Positions 26,965 through 34,869 of a stretch of 56,269 nucleotides of DNA are shown piece after piece. Within the stretch, counting starts at the first letter, position 1. Each line of letters opens with the position of its first letter. The stretch lies in IMG/VR virus record IMGVR_UViG_3300016263_000241, positions 1-56,269 of that record; one strand, written 5' to 3'. The notes under the pieces were generated by a model that was not told the origin of the DNA, searched no databases, and saw only the letters and a list, made by a program, of their open reading frames with translations. Source of the DNA: a virus. Taxonomy: Duplodnaviria; Caudoviricetes. The position numbers and the translations under genes are program-made.

Positions 26965-28172
26965 TGACCAACACGTACACACAGGTCTTCGGCGGGACGA
27001 CGATTTACCCGTCAGACGTGTCTTATCTGGCGTTGCCACTGACTGCCGACACGCCGCTTGAATGGCCTCTGGAGAGCAGCACGAGCGAATATCCGGCCGC
27101 AAGCATCATTGATGTGACGCCGACTGGCGCATATTCGATCATCATGCCGCCTGCCGATCAGACAGGCACCGGCCAGACCATCCTGTTCAATAATCTTGGT
27201 CCGAACACGATCACGATCAAGAACAACGCGGGCGGCACGCTGGCATCTATCGCGCAGGGCGAGCAATGGCAGCTTTACCTGACGAGCAACACGACGGCGG
27301 CCGGTTCGTGGCGCGTGTTCCGTTATGGCGCAGCAACCGCTCAGGCGCAGGCTTCTGCACTGGCTGGCTACGGGTTGACGGCAACTGGTTCGACCCTGTC
27401 TCAGTCCACCCCTGTCACGCTGTTCAATGCCAACTACACGTCTGGCGCGACTGATCGTGCAAAGGCTTATGTATGGACTGGTGGCCTCGGCACGTTCACG
27501 CTGCCTTCTGCCTCGGCTGTTGGTAACGACTGGTTTGTTTCAGTACGTAACGAGGGTGCTGGTAACTGCGTTATTACGCCTCAGGGCCTTGAGACAGTAA
27601 ACAGTGCGCCGACGCTAACATTGGTGCCGGGCGATAGTATTACGGTCATCACCGATGGCACAAACTGGTTTACGCTGGGTCTCGGCCAAAGCGCTGTCTT
27701 TGCTTTTGACTATACGTCGATCAACATTGCCGGTGAGAGTGGTGATTACGCCCTGACTGGTTCTGAACTGAACCGCATCGCGTATCAGTTTACGGGTGCC
27801 TTGGCTGGTAACGTTGAGATCGTGGTGCCCAAGACGACGCAGCAATACTGGGTCTACAACAACACGACGGGCGGCTCCTATACCCTACGCGTTAAGACCA
27901 ACACTCAAACGCCGGGCGTCCTTGTGGCTCGAGGTTCGCGCGCAATCTTGTATTGCGATGGCTCGGATGTGGTCGATGCTGAAACAGGTGGCATTGCAAC
28001 TCCTATCGCAGTGGCAGATGGCGGCACAGGGGCCACGACAGCAGGCGGAGCGCTGATCAACCTTGGCGGCACATCCGTTGGGATTGGTCTGTTCACCGCA
28101 GCAACGCAAGGCGATGCTTGGACAGCTTTAGGGGTTGCCCCTGCGGGTACTGTCAATGGTGGTGTCTTTTAA
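26964..28172 (+). CDS. Tail structural/spike protein
   Basis: FTLPSASAVGNDW, YCDGSDVV, ends VNGGVF. Confidence 0.7.
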   Translation: MTNTYTQVFGGTTIYPSDVSYLALPLTADTPLEWPLESSTSEYPAASIIDVTPTGAYSIIMPPADQTGTGQTILFNNLGPNTITIKNNAGGTLASIAQGEQWQLYLTSNTTAAGSWRVFRYGAATAQAQASALAGYGLTATGSTLSQSTPVTLFNANYTSGATDRAKAYVWTGGLGTFTLPSASAVGNDWFVSVRNEGAGNCVITPQGLETVNSAPTLTLVPGDSITVITDGTNWFTLGLGQSAVFAFDYTSINIAGESGDYALTGSELNRIAYQFTGALAGNVEIVVPKTTQQYWVYNNTTGGSYTLRVKTNTQTPGVLVARGSRAILYCDGSDVVDAETGGIATPIAVADGGTGATTAGGALINLGGTSVGIGLFTAATQGDAWTALGVAPAGTVNGGVF

Positions 28173-29791
28173 TGGCTGAAAAAATCGTCCAGATTAAGTC
28201 TCTGCCCGGCATCAAGCGGGACGGGACGAAATTTGAGGGCGACAACTACGTTGACGGGCAATGGGTCCGCTTCCAACGTGGCTTGCCCCGTAAGATCGGC
28301 GGTTACCGCTCGATCAGCAAATATCTGCGCGAGATCAGCCGTGCCTTGCACGAATACACGGCAAACAGCCTCACCTATGTTCACAGCGGCTCGGCAAACT
28401 ATGTCGAGCGCTTTTATATTGACGGCAGCTACAACACGTCGGTCATCACGAACCGTACACCATCCACGCTGGTCAACAACGATCAGAATATGTGGCAGTT
28501 TGATGTGGACACGGCTGTGGGCTTGGGTGGCTCTCAAATCGTGGCACAGGTTGCGCCGAACCTTGGGTGCATCTGTAATAACGATGGCGGCCAGCTTTTC
28601 TACGGCCCCCTGCTTGGCACGTCTGCCTTGCAAGAGGTGACCAACCTGCCGACAGGTTACAGCCTGACGGGTGGGGTTGTGGTCCTGCATCCGTATACCA
28701 TGGCATTTGGCGACAATGGCTATGTCATGTGGTCTGTGCCGGGCGATCCGACAGACTTTACAGGTGCCGGATCTGGCGCTGCCAACATCACCGGCCAAAA
28801 GCTCGTGCGCGCCATGCCGCTGCGTGGTGGTCCCGGCAACGCGCCCTCTGGCCTGTTCTGGTCTGCTGACGCCCTTGTGCGCGCCTCCTATGTGGGTGGC
28901 GATGCCATCTTCCAGTTTGACACGATCAGCACGCAAACCTCGATCTTGGGTTCCAACACCGTCATTGAGTATGACGGGATCTTCTACTGGATCGGCACCG
29001 ACCGCTTCCTGATGTTCAATGGCGTTGTTCGTGAAATCGAAAACAACATGAATATCAATCACTTCTTCGATGGCATTAACTTGCAATATCGGCAGAAGGT
29101 GTTTGCGGTAAAGGTGCCGCGCTACGGCGAAATCTGGTGGTGCTATCCTCGTGGGGATGCCACTGAGCCCAGCCATGCGGTGATCTATAACGTCCGCGAG
29201 AACACGTGGTACGATTGCGAGCTGCCGAATGGCGGTCGATCTGCTGGCATCTTCACCAGCGTGTTCCCTAAACCATTGATGACAGGCGTTATTCCGACGA
29301 TCTCTGACGAGCAAATCCGCGTCACCGAAGCGAGCGACACACGCATCACGCAAGATGACAACGTCCGCGTCACGCAGGACAGCGAGATCGAGCAGTACAA
29401 GCTATGGGTGCATGAGGTTGGGACCGATGAGATCGACGGCCTGAACATCCAGCCGGTCTATTCGTTCTTCGAGACGGGCGATCTGTCGCTGCCTGTGACC
29501 AGCCAAGAAAACAAGGCATTACAAGTACTTATGGTCGAGCCTGACTTTGTACAGTCGGGTGATATGACCATGCAGATTGTAGGCCGGGCCAACGCTCGCT
29601 CGCCTGAGGTTGAGACCGAAGAGCATATTATCACTGAGACCGCCAACACGCCGCAAGAGCAGGTTGTGTACTTTAAGACACAGCGCCGTGAGCTGCGCTT
29701 CCGTTTCACCTCGAACACAATCGGCGGTGATTATCAAATGGGTCTGGTTCTGGCGCACGTACAGCCGGGAGACGGGACGGTTATCGGATGA
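28172..29791 (+). CDS. Tail nozzle (tail tubular B / P22 gp10-like beta-propeller)
   Basis: PGIKRDGT..WVRFQRGLPRKIGG; EIWWCYP..VIYNVRENTWYD. Confidence 0.8.
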   Translation: MAEKIVQIKSLPGIKRDGTKFEGDNYVDGQWVRFQRGLPRKIGGYRSISKYLREISRALHEYTANSLTYVHSGSANYVERFYIDGSYNTSVITNRTPSTLVNNDQNMWQFDVDTAVGLGGSQIVAQVAPNLGCICNNDGGQLFYGPLLGTSALQEVTNLPTGYSLTGGVVVLHPYTMAFGDNGYVMWSVPGDPTDFTGAGSGAANITGQKLVRAMPLRGGPGNAPSGLFWSADALVRASYVGGDAIFQFDTISTQTSILGSNTVIEYDGIFYWIGTDRFLMFNGVVREIENNMNINHFFDGINLQYRQKVFAVKVPRYGEIWWCYPRGDATEPSHAVIYNVRENTWYDCELPNGGRSAGIFTSVFPKPLMTGVIPTISDEQIRVTEASDTRITQDDNVRVTQDSEIEQYKLWVHEVGTDEIDGLNIQPVYSFFETGDLSLPVTSQENKALQVLMVEPDFVQSGDMTMQIVGRANARSPEVETEEHIITETANTPQEQVVYFKTQRRELRFRFTSNTIGGDYQMGLVLAHVQPGDGTVIG

Positions 29792-30021
29792 TTGACCCGC
29801 GCGGCATGACTTTACGTGACTGGGCGGATAGTGTTATATTGTCCAACGGAGATGCTTGGTCTTTCGGGAAACTGGAAGATGAGGCTAAATGGCAAGACTG
29901 GGCCGCTGGGTTTGTACGCGCGCAGCCATTTGTGCAGCGCAACCCGCCTAACCCTTATCAATTTAACGACTGGCGGGAATGGGCGATGAGAGCTTACCCG
30001 ATGCTTGAAGGAAACGGTTAA
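29788..30021 (+). CDS. Small Trp-rich tail protein
   Basis: DPRGMTLRDWA..WQDWA..PYQFNDWREWA. Confidence 0.7.
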   Translation: MIDPRGMTLRDWADSVILSNGDAWSFGKLEDEAKWQDWAAGFVRAQPFVQRNPPNPYQFNDWREWAMRAYPMLEGNG

Positions 30022-32540
30022 TGGCAAGTCCCCTTCCGCCTGAAGAACTTTCGGCTCAAGATCAATTTCTGATGACGATGCCTCTTGAGGAGCGGCAGGC
30101 CTATATGGCCGGTCTGGACGCGGCTAAGAACTTTGACCTTGGTGCATATCAGGCACAGTACCAAAAGGCTCAGGCTGCCCAAGATGCCGCGCTGAAGGCT
30201 GCGCAGGCGACAGGTCTTTCTGATCAATACACCCAGCTTTATGGTGGTGCGGACATTGTCCCCGGCATGACGCAGGGCATCTTGTCCAATCTCGGCATCG
30301 AAAACCCCTATCTTCCTGTCTACACGCTGCGTGGAAGCGCTAACAAGGGCGAGATGAGCGCAAACGAGCGTATGTCTTTTGCCCCACTTCCGGGCATGGA
30401 ATATCGTCTGGTGGATAAAAACACCGGACAGGTGACGACTGCTTCCACACCTGAAGAGATCAAAGCACTGGCCGAGGCCGCGAATGCTCTCGGCAAGTCC
30501 GGCGGCGCGATGGCCAACTATGCCATCGAAAGCGGCCAAGGCGGCAATTACTCAACGATGTACGAAGATCGGCCGGACATTTCTAAGTTCGACCGTTTGG
30601 CTGGTATGGCATTGCCTGTTGCGGTTAGCTTGATCCCCGGGCTGCAAGGTGTTGGTGCTGTTTTGGCGGGTACTGGGGCTGGCGCTGCTGGGTCTGCAAT
30701 TGCTGGTGGTGACCCACTCAAGGGCGCTCTTATGGGAGGTCTGACGGCTGCTGGCACGCAATTCCTTGGCCCCGTTGTGCAAAGCGCTCCAAATGCCGCT
30801 GGAAACGTTGTTGCAACAAACCTCGGTCGTGCGGTCGGTGCAGGCGCTGGCGCTACCGCTGGTGGGATTGTCACTGGTCAGCCGATTGAAAAAGCACTGA
30901 TGGGCGGTGCCTTGGCTGGTGGCACAACTTACCTTGGGGGTGAGTTGTTTGGCGGCGAAGATACGCTTGCCAATAAGGTCGCTGCAAACAACCGTCTTGC
31001 GTTGTCCAATTTGGATGCAGGCATTTACAATGCTGGCTTTGATATTAATTCAGCGCTTGCACCTTATGCCGCCGGTCAGGGTGCGTTTGCGCCTCCGGGG
31101 AGCCCCGCTGTTACCCCTTGGACTGGTGGGAAAGTGCCGTCTTATACGACAAGCACTGCTCCGGCATCTGATTATGTCGTTACCGGAACTGGCGCTGGCG
31201 CTCGTCCGTCATTTACAGTTGCTCCAGCCGCAAGCACTACTCCTCGTTCTGACTATGTCGTCACCGGCAAGGAGGTTGCGAAAGAAACAACACCTACTCT
31301 TGCAGTAATTCCGGCTGCAACGACAACTAGCCCTGAAACGGTTGTTACTGGCAAGCGGGTGACCGAGGAAACAAAGCCTACGGTAACCATGCCCCCTGCA
31401 ACGACAACTAGCCCAGAAACTGTCGTGACAGGAAAAAGAGAAACAACAACAACTGAGAAGCCGACGGCCACGCCGGTAGTGGGCGCGACAACTGCTCCCG
31501 GCGAAATCGTTGTTACAGCCAAAAAACCCGCAGAGCCGACTGGCCCGACAATGGTTCTTACGGTTCCCGGCGTAAAACCTTTGCCGCAGGACATTGTGGA
31601 TCTTGCTGAAAAAGACACGGGTGCTGACGATAAAAGCAAATTGGATGCCAAAAAAGTGTTGGCGGCGGCCACTTTGTTGAGCGCTATCGGCGGCAGTGGC
31701 GGCGGCGGTGGTACTGGCACGGGTACTGGCACCGGAAAACTTCAGTCGATCTTTTCCGCTAAGCTTCCGAAGCCGGGTGAAGGTGGTGCATTTCAGGTTG
31801 GTGGGCTCGGTCCTCGCACGGCAGGTCCGGGTGGCACATTCTCTGCACGCCCGACAACCGACTGGTATCGCTACGGCATGGGCCCCGCCATGGACATCCC
31901 CGCTGGCACTGATCTGAGCCGGGCAACGTCGCCTTATGCTGGCTATGGACCCGGCACGCTGGGTGAAGAGACATTCCGCCGGGTAAGTGGCGCATACTCA
32001 CCCTTTGCTGCACGCCATCAGTTGTTGCCCAATATGGTTAGCTCTTTAGGTCGTGACGCAACGTCTGGCGAAATTGAGGCCGCTTTGACTGGCGCAAAGA
32101 CGGCTGAAGAGGCGCGTCGCATCAATCCCGGCACGGCGTATTTCGACATTGATGCTGGCACGGCACAGGCCCTCGGAGATCCGTCTCTGGTCGGCACTGT
32201 CATGTCGATCCAAGACTTGCAGCGCCGCATGGCCGCGCGTCCGATGGCGCATGGTGGTAGCATGGGCTATGCTCGTGGTTCGTCACGTAAAAGCTTTGCG
32301 GTCGAAGGCCCCGGCACTGGCCGCTCGGATGACATTCCGGCCGTCCTGAGCGATGGCGAATATGTGATTGATGCTGAGACTGTCGCTCTGTTGGGTGACG
32401 GCTCAAGCAAAGCTGGCGCGAAGAAGCTCGATGAGATGCGCGTCAATCTTCGTAAACACAAAGGCCGCAACTTGGCGAAAGGCAAGTTTAGTGTTAATGC
32501 TAAACGGCCAGAGAAATATCTGTCAGGAGGACGCACATAA
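30021..32540 (+). CDS. Internal virion/ejection protein with Gly-zipper helices, five TonB-box-like repeats and a C-terminal GPGTGRSDDIPA domain
   Basis: First gene after the nozzle module; GPGTGRSDDIPAVLSDGEYVIDA. Confidence 0.8.
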   Translation: MASPLPPEELSAQDQFLMTMPLEERQAYMAGLDAAKNFDLGAYQAQYQKAQAAQDAALKAAQATGLSDQYTQLYGGADIVPGMTQGILSNLGIENPYLPVYTLRGSANKGEMSANERMSFAPLPGMEYRLVDKNTGQVTTASTPEEIKALAEAANALGKSGGAMANYAIESGQGGNYSTMYEDRPDISKFDRLAGMALPVAVSLIPGLQGVGAVLAGTGAGAAGSAIAGGDPLKGALMGGLTAAGTQFLGPVVQSAPNAAGNVVATNLGRAVGAGAGATAGGIVTGQPIEKALMGGALAGGTTYLGGELFGGEDTLANKVAANNRLALSNLDAGIYNAGFDINSALAPYAAGQGAFAPPGSPAVTPWTGGKVPSYTTSTAPASDYVVTGTGAGARPSFTVAPAASTTPRSDYVVTGKEVAKETTPTLAVIPAATTTSPETVVTGKRVTEETKPTVTMPPATTTSPETVVTGKRETTTTEKPTATPVVGATTAPGEIVVTAKKPAEPTGPTMVLTVPGVKPLPQDIVDLAEKDTGADDKSKLDAKKVLAAATLLSAIGGSGGGGGTGTGTGTGKLQSIFSAKLPKPGEGGAFQVGGLGPRTAGPGGTFSARPTTDWYRYGMGPAMDIPAGTDLSRATSPYAGYGPGTLGEETFRRVSGAYSPFAARHQLLPNMVSSLGRDATSGEIEAALTGAKTAEEARRINPGTAYFDIDAGTAQALGDPSLVGTVMSIQDLQRRMAARPMAHGGSMGYARGSSRKSFAVEGPGTGRSDDIPAVLSDGEYVIDAETVALLGDGSSKAGAKKLDEMRVNLRKHKGRNLAKGKFSVNAKRPEKYLSGGRT
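31170..31526 (+). repeat. Five [DE]xVVT[GA] repeats, 27-29 aa period
   Basis: DYVVTG 31170, DYVVTGK 31251, ETVVTGKR 31335, ETVVTGKR 31416, EIVVTAKK 31503. Confidence 0.9.
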
Positions 32541-33688
32541 TGGGACTTTTTGACTTCCTGACCGAAGGCAAACCGCCCACCGCCGTGCCGGTCTCCTCGA
32601 CCGAGCAAACGGTGCTGCCGGATTGGTATACTAACTATGCCATGGATATTCTGGCCAACCAGCAAGCCATCGCCGCGCGCCCGTTTCAGGCGTATGTCGA
32701 TGCCAGTGGCAAGCCGATCCCGCGCATTGCTGACTTTGCGCCTGATCAGCAGCAAGGATTTCAGGCGGCCCGTGAGGGTGCGTTTGCTTTCCGACCAGAA
32801 ATGGGTCAGGCGTCAAATCTGGCGCAGGCGACAACCGGCCGATCCTCTTTGGGCGCTGCACAGCCTAATTTGCAGCAGGCAGGCCAATACGCCGCATCGA
32901 GCGCTACACCGACCGGCTTGAGCATGGCACAGCCCTTCCTTGGGCAAGCAGGCCAAACATCTGTGTCGAACATCGGCGCATACATGAACCCCTACACTGA
33001 GCAGGTTGTGAACCGCATCGGTGCCTTGGGTGCGCGCACGCTGCAAGAGCAGCTTATTCCGGGCATTCAAAGCCAGATGATCGCCGCTGGCCAGTTTGGC
33101 GGTACGCGTCAGGCTGAATTGATGGGCCGCGCTCTGCGTGACACCATGGAGGGTATTTCCGCTCAGCAGGCACAGGCATTGCAGCAGGGCTATGGTCAGG
33201 CAGCAGGCCTGTCTCAGGCGGATCTTGAGCGTCAGGCGCAGCTTGCATCGACTGCTGGCAGCTTGGGCTTCCAACAGCAGGGTGCATTGGCGCGAGCTGG
33301 TGAGCAAATGGGCGCTCTGGGTCAGCAGATCGGTAGCCTCTACGGCGCTGATACGGCTAATCAGATGGCGCTCGCACGTCAGTTGGCAGATCTCGCTCAG
33401 CAGCGTCAGACGCAAGAGCTTACGGGCGCTGGTGCATTGCAGCAAATCGGCGCTCAGCAACAGGCGATTGCGCAGAAGAACCTCGACTTTGCTCGTGAAG
33501 AGTTCATGCGCGAACAAGAATATCCGCAGCAGCAAGTTACGGGCATGTTGGGTGCGCTTCAAGGCGTTGGCCCGGCTGTTCCGAAGGGCGCAATGAAGGA
33601 AGGCACCGAAGTGCCGGGTACATATCAACCGTCGCTACTCGCTACGCTTGGTCAGGCATTTGCAACTTACAAGGGGTTGACGGGATAA
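32540..33688 (+). CDS. DNA ejection/pilot protein (Gln/Ala/Gly-rich)
   Basis: YMNPYTEQVV, AGQFGGTRQ, EYPQQQ. Confidence 0.75.
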   Translation: MGLFDFLTEGKPPTAVPVSSTEQTVLPDWYTNYAMDILANQQAIAARPFQAYVDASGKPIPRIADFAPDQQQGFQAAREGAFAFRPEMGQASNLAQATTGRSSLGAAQPNLQQAGQYAASSATPTGLSMAQPFLGQAGQTSVSNIGAYMNPYTEQVVNRIGALGARTLQEQLIPGIQSQMIAAGQFGGTRQAELMGRALRDTMEGISAQQAQALQQGYGQAAGLSQADLERQAQLASTAGSLGFQQQGALARAGEQMGALGQQIGSLYGADTANQMALARQLADLAQQRQTQELTGAGALQQIGAQQQAIAQKNLDFAREEFMREQEYPQQQVTGMLGALQGVGPAVPKGAMKEGTEVPGTYQPSLLATLGQAFATYKGLTG

Positions 33689-34869
33689 TGGTTGATCCAA
33701 TCGACGGCACTGAAGGCGATGAAGAAAAAGAAGGCACGTCGCTGTCTGTAAAGCCTAACGCCGATTACACTGCTCCCGGCGGCCTTTCTATTGGGGAGGC
33801 CTTGAGCGCGTATACGCAACGGCAGGGCGCTCTTTCGGAGCAGGGTGCGGCTAATCTTTCATTGTTGACCAAGGCCATGGAAGACTTGCGTGCGCAGCGC
33901 GTAGGTCCGTCTAAGAGCGAAAAGTGGCTGGCGTTGGCTGCTGCTTTGGGTCAGCCGACCAAGACTGGTGCATTTGGCGAAACATTGGGCAACGTCGCTC
34001 AGACGCTTGGCAAGTACAAAGCCGCTGGCCGGGAGGCTGAGCAAGAGAAGCAAAATCTTCTCATGAAATACGGCCTTGAGATCGGCACTGAGCGCTACAA
34101 GCAGCTTCAGGAGGCCGCCAATCAGGCTGGGCAGGTATATCGTACTGTGGCCTCAGCCAGCAAAGCCCCGGCGTTGCGGCCGATTGGCACGACGACCGAA
34201 GGCGGCAAGACCTTAGCCGTGCTTCTTGACCCTACGACAAACACCGTGTCTACGGTGCCGATTGGCGAAGCGCCGCTTGATCTTCAGCCTACAAATCTAA
34301 CATCTCAGGGCCAGCCGGTGTTTAACAGTCCTAAGGGGCCCGTCCTTGCCGATGGCACGCCGGTCAGGCAGTTTGATGAAAAGAAGACGGAGCTTTCTCA
34401 GACTGAATTGCGGGAAATCTTCAAGACTGAGGATGCTCTTAACACGGGCTTGTCCACGATTAATTCGCTCGAGCAGGCGCTTGTGCTTAGCGACAAGGCT
34501 TACGAGGGCTCCTTGTCTGATTTCCGCAAGTTGGCAGGACGTTTCCTTAACAGCAACGACCCGGCGTACATTGCGACTGAGGACTTCGACAATTTGCAAA
34601 TTGCTTCGGCCATCGGCAACCTCAAGAACATCTTCCCCGGCGCGATCTCGAACGATGAGCGCAAGGCATTTAATGATCTACAGGCTGTGTCGAAGTATCC
34701 GCGAGAAGTGCGTTCTCGTATAATTAATCGCGCATTGGCAGCAGCTAAGAGCTTGGTCTCCCGTGAAACTGCTCGCTTGGAGCGTCTCAAGCGTGGTGAT
34801 TACAGCAGACGCAGTGGCACTCCTACTCAACAACCGTCGCCTCCGCGCGTCCTTAATTGGGGGAAATAA
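33688..34869 (+). CDS. Ejection protein (periplasmic tunnel-like)
   Basis: PTKTGAFGETLG; FPGAISNDE. Confidence 0.7.
   Translation: MVDPIDGTEGDEEKEGTSLSVKPNADYTAPGGLSIGEALSAYTQRQGALSEQGAANLSLLTKAMEDLRAQRVGPSKSEKWLALAAALGQPTKTGAFGETLGNVAQTLGKYKAAGREAEQEKQNLLMKYGLEIGTERYKQLQEAANQAGQVYRTVASASKAPALRPIGTTTEGGKTLAVLLDPTTNTVSTVPIGEAPLDLQPTNLTSQGQPVFNSPKGPVLADGTPVRQFDEKKTELSQTELREIFKTEDALNTGLSTINSLEQALVLSDKAYEGSLSDFRKLAGRFLNSNDPAYIATEDFDNLQIASAIGNLKNIFPGAISNDERKAFNDLQAVSKYPREVRSRIINRALAAAKSLVSRETARLERLKRGDYSRRSGTPTQQPSPPRVLNWGK

Noticed and set aside
32290-32420. GPGTGRSDDIPAVLSDGEYV motif suggesting a tape measure protein
   Set aside because: No tail tube, sheath or tail-chaperone frameshift genes; the context is podovirus ejection proteins
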